Part shown: one piece after another, positions 1 through 11,958 of the stretch | Layout: every line of letters begins with the position of its first letter | Position numbering within the stretch: position 1 is the stretch's first letter | Assembly (NCBI GenBank): GCA_030390025.1 | Contig: CM059432.1 | Span: 54,004,001-54,068,000 of the forward strand | Origin: Squalus acanthias | Taxonomy: Eukaryota | Reading direction: 5' to 3' | Length of the DNA stretch: 64,000 nt | Notes under the pieces: model-generated | Told to the model about the DNA's origin: nothing | What the model saw: the letters and a program-made list of their open reading frames with translations, nothing else | The model's database searches: none | Position numbers and translations under genes: made by a program

Positions 1-255
1 GTACTCTCAAATCCCTTTGCTCCTCTTCCCCATTTAGATTCTTATTTTCCAAGTAATATGCGACCTCCTTATTTTTCCTACCAAAATGTAATACCTCACA
101 CTTATCTGGTGAAATTCATTTGCCAATTATATGCCCATTCTGCAAGTTTATTAATGGCTTCTTGTAATTTGTTGCAGTCCTCTGCAGTATTGACTATCCT
201 GCCCCAATTTGCTGTCATCCGCAAATTTAGAAATAGTGTTTTTGATTCCACAGTG
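1..255 (-). mobile_element. CR1-type LINE RT fragment, degraded
   Basis: Minus-strand translation contains GIKNTISKFADDSKLG (RT FADD motif); no long ORF. Confidence 0.75.
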
Positions 256-851
256 AATGACAAGTCTGAGGATATAGTGAGGCTGGTGAATGAGGGGGAG
301 CCAAGCAGCTAGGAGGAGGTTGTGAGGTTGAAGCCTAACCAACATACCCAAACTGGCAGGAAAGAGAAGAGTGGGCAGCCAGGAGCAGGCGGGTGAAGCT
401 GAAACCAAAAGTGTTTTTTTTAACTTAACGCCTTAAGGCTAAACATGGGGCTTGAACAAAATTCACAAGTCAAGCAGGGGAGGAATAAAAATTGGAGTTC
501 AAGGAGGGTCCGAGGGAGCCATAAACCAGAAGGACAGGCTACTGCTGAGTACAGGCTCAGCAGCTGGGTATTGGGAGCAGGAGATGCACTACAACACTAC
601 CTAATAGCAGAAGTCCTGCAACAGCAGCGTGACTGGCAATTTTTTGCATACAGGATTCCCATTATAACTGATGACTTAGGCAGTTTCAATGTTAAATGTT
701 GGCATAAAGCAATACCAAAAATAATTCATTAGATTTTAATATATAGATAGAGTTTTGTTACTGTATCTATGCATATTATGTACATTATTAAAAGATCTTA
801 TATAGGGCATGCATCAACATTACTTTCTGCTGTCAAATTTTGTTTTCTAAC

Positions 852-919
852 ACTCCTGTGAAGCGCCTTGGGAAGTTTTACTACGTTAAAGGCGCTATAT
901 AAATACAAGTTGTTGTTGT
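852..919 (+). mobile_element. L2 LINE 3' end fragment
   Basis: ctcctgtgaagcgccttgg...aaggcgctatataaatacaag(ttg)n matches the reverse complement of the L2 3' end at 2859-2935. Confidence 0.75.
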
Positions 920-2171
920 CAGGATTTTTGGAGATGCTTTTATTTCAACTTTGAAACTGTCTATGTAAGCATTTATAATGGGAATTTCCAATGAAGAGTT
1001 GCCTGTCACAGTTTGTTGATGAACCAATTGAATCACTTAAAATATTTTTTCAAAATATTTTGGCCCACCGTGTTTTTTTCAGTCACTGAAATTTATAATA
1101 TCCAAAATAAAAAATGCAAGAAAAATTACATACTTCTCAATATACGGAATTGTCTTTTGTGTCTTTTAATGTCTTCCTGAAAGTTTTTACTTTAGTACTT
1201 CAACCTCTCTCAAAAGCCGAGGCTCCAGCTGCAAACCTTTACGCAGAGAAGTACACTTCCTACCATCTCTATATAGTCTATGTATGGCTTTCCTACCATT
1301 CATTAATAGCATCTGAGTCACAGCAGAAGGTTTGTTCCTCATTTCATGAGCATTTCTGAGTTTTTTGTGCTTCTTCCAAAAGACTTTAAAACAAACTGGA
1401 GATTGAATTCTCAAAGATTTCTTTCAGACAACTGTCATTTAAATAATTTCTATTATGGAATGTTCAGTAACACAAAATGAACACACCAGCAATTAGCAGT
1501 AGCTTTAATTTTTTTCTTTCTAACTGGCTACAAAGACTTTTTTTATGGAGCATGGATTTATTTTTCCTTAATCAAAGTGCTGAAAATTCAATTAAGAAAT
1601 CAATTTGGGGGGTATAGGGAAGCTTTTTATTATTAAAAACTGGGAAACAATGAACTTCTAAACATTTTATGAGCTGAATTTTGTTTCTTTGTGCACATTT
1701 ATATTTTTTGAAGACGTATAAGTTGGCAAACTCACCAATAGTGCACCAACTGCTTTAAGGCAGAATATAAAGACAGGGGCCGTGAATTTCGGCACCTTAG
1801 GGCTGGCTGTTGAGGGCGGTTTCAACAAAAAAATGGCAGCTGCCTTACTTCCACCCACTTCCGGCGCGGGTTGCAGTGGCTGTCATTTTGGGCAGGTCGG
1901 TAGCGCAACCATTGCCTGCGTTCGGCAGAAGATTGCTAATTAAGCAGATCATGACATCAATCAGCGTGCAATGCTGATTTGACACACGACCTGCTATTTT
2001 GGACGATGTCGCTCGACTGCACGCCCTCAATGGCGAGACATAATATTACCTCGAGCAATGGGGATCAGTGTGAAAGGAATGGCTTGGTCATTGTAGGGAT
2101 GCTTTATGGTGTTGGGGTGGGAGGGGGACCTGGCACAGCATGTGGCAGCCATATGGGTGTAATGCAGGAAG

Positions 2172-4605
2172 TTAAGTAAATCTGGCCATGATGAGGCCAT
2201 CCCGGGCCTCCTGGGCAGCAGTGTGCTTGGGTGCTGCTGGCATCTGGATCTCAGGTTCCTCCTCCTCCTTCTCCTCGTCTTCCAGCTGATGCTCCTCCTC
2301 CTCCTCCGAAGAGGCTGTGCACTCAGTGCCTTGCTCCTCCTGCAGCGCTAATCCTCGTTGCTGCACTATGTTGTGCAGCGCGCAGCAAATGACGATGATT
2401 CTGGAGATCCTGGCTGGTGCGTACTGAAGGGCTTCACCAGATCAGTCGAGGCATCTGAAGCGCATTTTGTGCATGCCTATTGTCTGCTCTATGACACATC
2501 TGGTGGACATGTGGCTTTCATTATATCTCTCCTCAGCCTCAGTACTTGGCCTCCTCAAGGGTGCCATGAGCCACGTCTTCAGTGGATAGCCCTTGTCTCC
2601 AAGCAGCCAGCTGGAAAGTCTGTTTGGAGGAATGAAGGGCTGAGGGAGGGTGGACTGGCACATGACAAAAGAGGCATGACAGCTGCCAGGGAATTTGGTG
2701 CACACATGCATGATGATCTTCCTATGGTTGCAAACGAGCTGCACATTGAGGGAGTGGAAACCCTTGCAGTTCACAAACACTCCTGGGTGCTGACGGGATG
2801 CCCTGATGGCCACATTTGTGCAGTCAATGCCGCAAAGCCAAACGTCCGCTTAGTAACAACAACAACAACAAAAACTTGTATTTATATAGCGCCTTTAACG
2901 TAGTAAAATGTACCAAGGCGCTCCACAGGAGTGTTATAAGACAAAAAACTTGACACTGAGCCACATAAGGAGAAATTAGGGCAGGTGACCAAAAGCTTGG
3001 TCAAAGAGGTAGGTTTTAAGGAGCGTCTTAAAGGAGGAAAGAGAAGTAGAGAGGCGGAGAGGTTTAGGCAGGGAATTCCAGAGCTTAGGGCCTAGGCAAC
3101 AGAAGGCACGGCCACCAATGGTTCAGCGATTATAATCAGGGATGCTCAAGAGGGCAGAATTAGAGGAGCGCAGATATCTCGGGGGGTTGTGGGGCTGGAG
3201 GAGATTACAGAGATAGGGAGAGGAGAGGCCATGGAGGGAATTGAAAACAAGGATGAGAATTTTGAAATTGAGGCGTTGCTTAACCGGGAGCCAATGTAGG
3301 TCAGCGAGCACAGGTGTGATGGGTGAACAGGGACTTGGTGCAGAGTTAGGACACGGGCAGCTGAGTTTTGGATCACCTCAAGTTTATGTAGGGTAGACTG
3401 TGAGAGGCCAGCCAGAAGTGCGTTGGAATAGTCAAGTCTAGAGGTAACAAAGGCATGGATGAGGGTTTCAGCAGCGGATGAACTGAGGCAAGGGCAGAGA
3501 TGGGCGATGTTACAGAGGTGGAAATAGGCGGTCTTAGTTATGCTGCGAATATGTGATCGGAAGCTCATTTCAGGGTCAAATATGACACCAAGGTTACGAA
3601 CAGTGTGGTTCATCCTCAGACTGATGTTAGGGAGAGGGATGGAGTCAGTCGCTAGGGAACAGAGTTTGTGGCGGGGACCGAAAACAATGGCTTCGGTTTT
3701 CCCAATATTTAATTGGAGAAAATTTCTGCTCATCCAGAACTGGATGTAGGGCAAGCAGTCTGACAATAGACACCGTGGAGTGTTCGAGAGAAGTGGTAGT
3801 GTGGTCGAGCTGGGTGTCATCAATGTACATGTGGAAACTGATGCTGTAGATGAGAAATAAGAGGGGGCCAAGGATAGATCCTTGGGGGACACCAGAGGTA
3901 ACGATGCGAGAGCGGGAAGAGAAGCCGTTGCAGGTGATTCTCTGGCTACGATTAGATAGATAAGAATGGAACCAGGTGAGTGCAGTCCCACCCAGCTGGA
4001 TGACGGTGGAGAGGCGTTGGAGAAGGATGGAGTGGTCAACCGTGTCAAAGGCTGCAGACAAGTCAAGAGGACGAGGAGGGATAGTAACATTGGCTTCATC
4101 AGTGGCAAAGTTGATATAATTGGCTGACTTGTCAAACATGGCATCGGTGACCTGTGTGATGCATCTGTGGGCGGTCAACTGTGAGATGCCGCAAATGTCT
4201 GCTGCAGATCCCTGGAAGGAGCCTGAGGCAAAGAAGTTGAGAGTGCTGGTGACTTCGACAGCCACTGGTAAGGCGTGTCCACCAGGTCCTCGGGGCTGCA
4301 GATCTTGCTCCAGCAAGCTGCAAATGTCTGTGACGCTGGCATGGTAGCCTGAGCCTCCTGAAGCACTGCTGCTCAGTCATGTTGAGGAAGCTCATCCGCT
4401 GCCTGTATACCCTGTGTTGGGGGTATCGCCTATGACGAGGTGCAGCCCTGCGCTTATGCCTTCTGACCTGTGGAGCATCAGGTCGTTGAGGAGAAGGATG
4501 GTGGTGTTGTTGTTGGTGCTGCTGGTGTGCGTGGTGCTGCTTGTGTTGGGGCTCATCGTGGTCCGATTCTGAGGACCAAGGTGAGACAGTATAAACAGCA
4601 CCCAT
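2172..4605 (-). pseudogene. Harbinger (HARBI1-like) DDE transposase pseudogene
   Basis: Fragments [39 protein letters not shown] and [13 protein letters not shown]; frameshifts, a ~30-bp deletion near 2830 and an L2 insertion. Confidence 0.9.
2859..4081 (-). mobile_element. 5'-truncated L2-type LINE inserted in the Harbinger transposase, with an 8-bp TSD TAGTAACA
   Basis: RT motifs [27 protein letters not shown] and SRLDYSNALL; (TTG)n tail; TAGTAACA at 2851-2858 and 4082-4089. Confidence 0.92.
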
Positions 4606-6127
4606 GCTGATGTAATAGATGACAGGTCAAGTAGAGAAGCAATCTGCCAATGGTGCGATAGGTAGGAGCAATGAGGTGAGAGTGGTTCCCGAATTTGCAG
4701 AAAAGACTTGCAAACTCCAGACACCTAAATCTGTGCTGAAAATGCACTCAGCAACAGCATTTCCCTTAGGAAAGTAAGCAGGTGTCAAGTGATGGTATTT
4801 ATTGTGCTTTCCATGCTCTGCAGTAAAGACCTCGCTCAATGGCCACTGAACTTCCACCACAGGCTGACAGACGTGGTTCCCGAGCTGCGTGCTTCCCATG
4901 GTCATGCAGTGAAATTCAAAAGGTCTGGTTAAAAGCATGGTTAAGGGTCTGACAACAAGGTAATAATGATCTAAATTAGGTCGCCCGCCTCTGCCGCTCG
5001 GGTCTGTGCAGCGCTGGCAAACGCGCCCGAGTTAAAGACGCGAGGGGGCGGGATGATGGCGGGTTCCCGTCGCGCTCCAATTTATTTCCACGTTTACTCC
5101 CGACCCGCCTCCAATCCTGCACACATGCCAGCGGGAAAATTCTGGCCTTTGTGTCCTTTATGATACTAATTGACATAATAAATAAGATTATTATTAAAAA
5201 TTAACACCTATGTACTTTTTACGCCAACATTTATATCAACATTTACAATGGAAGCTATGGCCCCAAGTTTCACCAGGACAGAGGTTACCTCTGTGTCCCA
5301 GAATTCCCTCAGAATTTTCTGACAGGACATAGGTGGGCAGGACCTCTGTCCAACCCAAACATGGCCCAAGATAAAGGAGGCGGCGAGGCTGAGTGGAGTG
5401 AATACTCAAGCTTGGAATTTCTTTGGCTCAGGCTCCCCTCCTATTCTGTGATCTGGATGCCAGGACCAACCTGGTAGACGCAACGCTGAATGGATAGAAG
5501 TGGAAACAACTGGGGTCTCTTGTCTGGCGTCATGACTTAGTAGATGCCATTGTTTGGATTAGACCTCCTATAAAGGGGGCCAATTATCTTTGTTGCTTGC
5601 AATTTTGGGGGTTGAAAACCAGCCCAATTTCATACACCTGTAACAGTGCTTTTAAACCATGAAGTAGCCACTTAGTGGGAATAAATGATGAAAGCTTGTT
5701 CAGCCAACTGTGGAGCGTGCAATACTTCTCTAGGTTAGCAGATATTTATTACACTGTGCATACTAATTCTAGCATGTTCCGTTTGAATGGATAACCAAGT
5801 ATACTTTGAAAATAATGAAAACTCTGTCTAGCTTTGGGCAGAATACAATGAGTTAAAGTACTCTTCATAGCCAAGTCATTGTTTCATTTTGCTTCTCAAT
5901 TGATTTTGAATGACTCATCCTCCAAAGATGGGACACAGGATCAGTGACCTGAGCAATGTCATGTTAGGTTAAAGGAATACATTTATTCCATCTGTTTAGA
6001 GTATTTAGTCAAATTAATCATGCTCACTTCACACCCTCACCTCCCTTCCACTGATGTAAGACTTTACTCATGTTAAGTATTGCAGGATGGAACATTTTAT
6101 TCCTAGCCTCTCACTATTGTACATTTT

Positions 6128-7776
6128 GGGCTGGCTTATCTTCAAGGTATCACATTTTTTTTAGGATGCTTAAATATCTTTTCAGGACTACCTATGAGAG
6201 GAGATTTTAACTCAGGGGACCAGCCCATGGAGTGGTTGGACTGGACGCCCGTTCCTTCCAACGAGAGGCAGGGTCCACATTGAGGGCAGCACCTCATTGA
6301 CATGATGCCGGTGAGCTGCGTACCTGGAACAGCAGGTTGGGTCGGGGCTGGGCGATCACGAAGGGGAAGGAACCAGGTGCAGCAGCAGCTCATATTATTG
6401 TTGTGGGGTCAGGAGGAGCACTCCTGCTCTTCCTGGCCCAACAAGAATCATTTCAGACTTATCTTTTTAAGGCCTCATTCTCTTGACCAGCAGATTGTGA
6501 TTTTGTTAGCAATAGTAAGAAACTACCAGCCAATCTAAGCATGCCTGAAACACTGATCCCTTGATGTTCCTTAAGCAGACAATGAGCGACTGAACATATA
6601 TAAATGTCAAAAGCTCATTGATCCAGTTGCAGATTGGACACAATTTTGTGGAGAATGGCTAAACAATCCTGACAACAACAAGGCCCTACACATGCTGGTA
6701 ACCTCTGTTATGGAGAACGTTGGACAGAGTTTTCGGGACTTGGCAACATTAATGGGGGTTGTACTGGCATGCCACCTCACCCTCCAGGATCTACGGCGGA
6801 GGGAGCATAGGCAGCGAGAAAAACGGAAACATGTGCACAGAGGGATGAGGAGAGAGATCAGGGCTCTCAACAGGAGGCCTTACCCTCCGAGGGTATTCAG
6901 ACAGCACTTCTACTACCTCCAATTAAGTGAGGAGCAGTGTATTAGACAGCTCAGCATCACCAAGGTGGTGGTCACAGAACTTTGCCACCTCCTCCAAATA
7001 GACCTCCAGCCTCACACCAGGATGACTTAAACCCCAGATCCCTTTTGCTCACCACATGCCCATCATACCATCCCTGTGTCATGCCATATCACAGTGTCCT
7101 CCTGGGTTCAAACGTGAAATGAGAGAGACCACAAAATCTTGCAAACTCTATTAATAAATTTATACATAAGCATATCACACAAATCACATTCATTCTAATA
7201 ACTAATGACCCTTGTGTCTGCCATAGTTGAATAACTGTCATTGTGTGCAAGGCGTGAGATGTGGGTGTGAGTGTTGGTAGGTAGAGATTGTTGGTAGGTG
7301 AGTGCTGGGGGACTGGTGCTTTGGGCAGTATGTGAAGCTTGTGGTACAGATGGTGGTATGTAGCATGTGTTGAAACATTCAATCACCCTGACCACCCGAC
7401 TGAGGTGGATCTGCCATGAGCACACCTGCTTCAGTCCTCCGGCTCCTTCTCCTTGTTGTACTTCTCCTTGCTGAGGCAGCTGCACAGCCAGCAATGCTGG
7501 GAATGAAGTGCTGCAGTATCAATGAACCTCCCCTTTAAGTACTGGGAAAAGCCTGTGGCAATGAAGAGTTGAGATTAGACTGCACCCGATATTGGTCCAC
7601 CATTTGAGTGCAACACCACTGAGCTAGGCCTTTAAGACTTGATTTAGCGCCCCAATCATTTCTTTGAGCAGTGAGAATGAATTTTGTGTGCAGTCTAAAG
7701 CATTAGCGCCTGGCGCTAATTCTCAAACTTTTCTAAAGATACAGCCCATTCCTGGGCTATAATGAATTTCTAGCCC
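6128..7776 (+). mobile_element. Internally deleted Harbinger (lineage A-like): 5' transposase fragment (~6752-7030, +) and Myb exon-1 end (~7383-7410, -)
   Basis: RRPYPPRVFRQHFYYLQLSEEQC...VVTELCHLLQ is homologous to the intact transposase. The right end gaatttctagccc has subterminal attagcgcctggcgctaat. The left boundary is uncertain. Confidence 0.65.
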
Positions 7777-7779
7777 ATT

Positions 7780-8305
7780 GAATTTACAGTGCAGAAACAG
7801 GCCATTCAGCCCAACAGGTCTATGCTGGTGTTTATGCTCCACACAAGCCTTCTCCCACCCTACTTCATCTAACTCTATCAGCATAACCTTCTATTCATTT
7901 GTCCCTCATGTGTTTAACTAGCTTCCCCTTAAATTTATTTTTGCTATTCATCTCAACTACTCCCTGTGGTAGAAAATTCCACATTCTACCCACTCTCTGA
8001 GTAAAGACGTTTCTCCTCAATTCCTTATTCGATTTATTACTGACTATCTTATATTTATGCCACCTTGTTTTGGATTCCCCCACAAGTGGCAACATCTTCT
8101 CTATGTCTACCTTATTGAACCCTTTCATAATTTTAAAAACCTCCATCAGGTTACCTCTCAGTCTTCTCTTTTCTAGAGAAAAGAGCCCCAGCCTGCTCAG
8201 TCTTTCTTATTAGTTATAACCTCTCAGTTCTGGTATCATCCTTGTAAATCGTTTTTGCACCTTCTTCAGTGCCTCTATATCCTTTTGTAATATGGAGACC
8301 AGAAC
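7780..8305 (-). mobile_element. CR1 LINE 3' fragment; continues at 13817-13831 beyond the LTR insertion
   Basis: ORF 7895-8146 (EVFKIMKGF...FTQRVGRMWNFLPQ) is the CR1 ORF2 C-terminus; ggagaccagaac|tgtgcacagta rejoins across the LTR. Confidence 0.88.
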
Positions 8306-9700
8306 TGTAAGGTTTCCAAAATTTGCAGATCCCCAAAACCTAAGGAAAAAGGACTTTGGAACTACCCCAGAGTGATAAAAATGCATTTGGGCCTAACATA
8401 AGGAATTTAAGACCAAAAACCAAGTTTTGGCATTTTAAAAAGACATGTCTGGACCTATAAGGGAGAAAAGGCTGCACAGGAGGTGGGTTCAACCTCTGTA
8501 ATAGCAGTTTTGGGTATTGCAGTTAAATTGCATTGTCTGGGAATCGGGATGACCTCACTCAAGCCCCAGCAAGCATTAACATTTGGACAATAGGCCCTGG
8601 GAGAAGGCAGCCCCACCCAAAACACAGGCCCCATTAAAACCTATCAAAACCATGCATAATTCAAATCGCTCAGGAACATTCTATAGAAAAACACGAGTCC
8701 AGCCTAGAAACCCAAAACTCGAAACCAATCACCTGTAATCAACCGAAGAGATCAACAGGACGCAAGCCATTTGACACTTAGTAAAGTCGTTACTGTTAAC
8801 TAGGTCTCACAATGACCAGGATTTGATTTGGTTTTGACAAGGCCAATTCAATTTAGTATAATTGAAGGCCCATCAAGCAGTTACAGGTGGAATTTCTCCA
8901 GTTACAGTTCAAGTTCAACAGAAGGCAGTTCTGCAGTGCAATATTGAAAGCCTGTGTTGAACAGAGTTCAGGACAAGCAGGCAGAAGGCAGTTCCACAGC
9001 TCGGAAGAAGACAGTTTAAACAGAGGCAGAGTTACAGCAAGAAGTTCAACAAAGAAGGCCAACAACTTCACAAGCAGACCGACACGCAAGAAGAAACCAG
9101 AGCGACTGCCTCAGTGACCATCGGACACCTCGCGGCAACAAGGGCCTCACAAAACCTTTTACTCAAAAGACTCTAAACCCTAACTCTAAACTGTCAAGGA
9201 TTCGTTTGGTGAGCATTATCCCTGGTTCTCCAGAGTCCAACCTAGCTAGTGAAGTGGGATTGGGAGGGGTGAAGTATTCTTCTAATGTTATTTCCCTCGC
9301 TTGTACCGAAGTGTTCCCCACCTTTAGAGTGATAAGAGTGTTTGGGGTAGAAATTAGGTCGCGCCCCATTTGGGGCGTAAATATCGTCCGCGCGCAAATA
9401 TTAGCGCCTGGCGCTAATTATCGGCACTGACAGGAAACTTCACTTTTACCGCCCCGGGAAGTGAGTGGAGCGCTAAATTAGGCGCTGCACACCTCTCTTA
9501 AGGCGCAAAGGCCTAGGAGTGAGGCGCTACCTCAGCGCACGAGCGCAGCGCAGCTGCTGCCAGTTAGCGAGGGAACACAGACACACTGGCGCCGGACACT
9601 TCTTAAAGCGGGGGGGGCCACTTGCTCCCCAGCCACACCCTGCTCATTGCAGCCTTGAATCTCAGCCTGGAGAGACCTGTAATCCATTTTGCTGCCAAGC

Positions 9701-11664
9701 ATGGAGAGGGTGAGAGAACGCGCTCATCGCGTCACCGAGCGGGCCTTGGATGCTCTGGTTGACGCAGTGGAGCGCAGACGATGCATGCTGTTCCCGGAGA
9801 GTGGCAGGAGGCCTTTGCCATGCGAGTTCAGAAGAGTGTGGAGGGAGGTGGCTCAGAGCGTCTCCTCCAGGAGCATGGTGCCCAGGACCCATGTCCAGTG
9901 CCGCAAAAAGTTCAACGACCTCACTCGGGTCGTCAGGGTGAGTGGCTTTTTCTCAATACCTCTCCATCCCTCCATCTCAACCTCACTCTATGGCCAGAGG
10001 GTCTTAAAACCCCAATGCACAACACTCATGCAACACCTATGGCCCTTTCATCAAACACACACACACATTCCACACTTTGCATACAGTAAGGGCTATTCAC
10101 CTATGGGAGGCACATCAGGCAAGACCATGGCTGCATATTGTAAGGGCTATTCACCTATGGGAGGCACATCAGGCAAGACCATGGCTGCATATTGTAAGGG
10201 CTATTCACCTATGGGAGGCACATCAGGCAAGACCATGGCTGTATATTGACTCAGATGCTGTCCTTTTTCTTGCAGGCTAAGCTGGCTCATAATCGGAGAC
10301 AGCAGCTACGGACGGGTGGAGGGCGGCTTCAGCTGCAACCCCTCAGCGATCTGGAGGAGCGCGTCCACAGGATTGTGGCAAGCCGGGTGATCGGTCCCGT
10401 CGCCACTGGAGACGCCGACCCCGTTGTGGACAGCAATGGTAAGGTCATCACCTTTTTGTCCTCTGTCCTTCCACTTGTCCCTCACAATACCAGCCTTTGA
10501 CACTTTCAATCCAACTTGCTAACTCGCTGCACTTATTCCTCCCTTACTGCCACCCTGTCCTCACGCTAAAGCCACTCTTGTACCTCCCTGCTTTCAGATG
10601 GTGATTCACCAGCTGAGGAGATGGTCCCTGAAGCTGCCACTGGGAGTGATGCTGCAGCTGAGGAGGAAGAGGAAGCCGGAGCATCAGTGCCACCCTCTCC
10701 CGAGGAAGCCCATGGCCACACTGGGATCACGCCTTCCCCGGAGGGGAGCAGGGGGGAAGGGGCTGATGATGGTGAAGTTCCAGGACCCAGCGGGCTGCAG
10801 CAACGCCATTGGGGGGGGAGGGAAGAACGGGGGAGCAGGGGGGAAGGGGCTGATGATGGTGAAGTTCCAGGACCCAGCGGGCTGCAGCCACGCCATGGGG
10901 GGGGGAGGGAAGAACGGGAGCCTTCTCCCCAGAGGGAGAGTATGCCAGACACTCCTAATGCAATGGACGCAGAGGAGGAGCAGCTGATTGCAGAAATGAA
11001 CAGCCAGGCGGTGGGCATGCACACTGAGCTCATGGGTGCAGTGGGAAGGGTGCCCGAATGCATTGAGGCACTGGCAAGGAGTGTGGAGCACTTCGCTGTA
11101 GCACAGGCGGATGCCACACTAAAGCTTACTGCTGCAATTCAGTCACTGGCTGCCAGGAATCCATCTGAGACTGCTCTCATGCAGACTCAGATTGAGGCCA
11201 CGCGAGCACTGACTGCTGCCATCCTCGATGGTTCGTGCACATGTCCCCGGGGCTGTCACCGCGCCGCAGCAGGCCAGCAATCTGTTCTCCGGCAAATTGC
11301 TCCGGATGCTGAAGTGCTGCCCCGTGGGAGTGCCAGTGTGTCGGGCGAGCAGGGAGTTGCTGTCCTCTCTCACGATGACAGCATTCCTGCTGCCAACACT
11401 GTCACTTCTCCACTGCACTTGCCACCGCCTGTAGGACAGACTGCTGCCGCCCATGCAGAGTTGGTGCAGTCTGCAGCCGGGCCCTCCAGGCCCAGAAGTG
11501 GTCGAGGCCGTCCTTCAGGGGCATCTGCAGTGTCAGGGTCTGACGAGCAGCAGCCTTCCACCAGCCTTGCTGCAGCCACTGAGGTCCCATTACGGAGGAG
11601 CAGTAGGGTTAGAAGGGGGGAAGTGCGCAAGGGAAGGAGATCACCCTCGAAGGGCAAAAAGTAG
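9701..11664 (+). CDS. Harbinger Myb/SANT-like DNA-binding protein, predicted ~488 aa; exons 9701-9937, 10276-10438, 10598-11664
   Basis: ATG in ccaagcATGG context; Myb-like W.EVA...RT..QCRKKFNDL. GT-AG introns (agg|gtgagt, ttgcag|gct, atg|gtaagg, ttcag|at) join three ORFs in frame without stops; basic C-terminal tail. Confidence 0.85.
10087..10248. repeat. 54-bp x3 tandem repeat in Myb intron 1
   Basis: taagggctattcacctatgggaggcacatcaggcaagaccatggctgcatattg at 10087, 10141 and 10195. Confidence 0.95.
10744..10917 (+). repeat. 87-bp (29-aa) in-frame tandem duplication in Myb exon 3
   Basis: GSRGEGADDGEVPGPSGLQ(Q/P)RH(W/G)GGREER occurs twice. Confidence 0.95.
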
Positions 11665-11958
11665 GAGGTGTGCCAAAATGCTGGTCATTTTTTTATTAAA
11701 GGCCGAGGTTCATGGCCCAACTTTTGTTTAGTGTTTTGGACATTATCTCCAGGTTGTGAGAACCAGTTATGTTATTGACTGTTTTTTTGTGTTTATTTCT
11801 ATGAGTTTGTCATGAGGAATTGACACACACAGAGTTTGTACAATAAATAAGTTTCTGTATTCAAAATATACATGGCTGGTGGTTGGAATTATTGGTGCCT
11901 TGGCCGGCTTAGGGGTTGCGTGCTGGGTTGATTCGTGTTTGTAGCACTGGCAGGGGCC

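Larger units (their letters stand above)
1776..5147 (-). mobile_element. Harbinger (lineage B) remnant carrying a transposase pseudogene, interrupted by L2; Myb gene absent
   Basis: Right end gaaaattctggcc (5135-5147) matches the terminus of the 23313-27484 copy. The left end ggggccgtgaatttc is approximate and there is no clear TSD. Confidence 0.7.

Noticed and set aside
3645..4316. 223-aa ORF fusing the Harbinger HTH region to L2 RT motifs
   Set aside because: Chance read-through across the L2 insertion junction; the upstream transposase is frameshifted and the RT is truncated and deleted.
10087..10248. CRISPR-like array (also 22719-22890 and 58125-58277)
   Set aside because: Head-to-tail tandem repeats without unique spacers, in a eukaryotic context with no cas genes.
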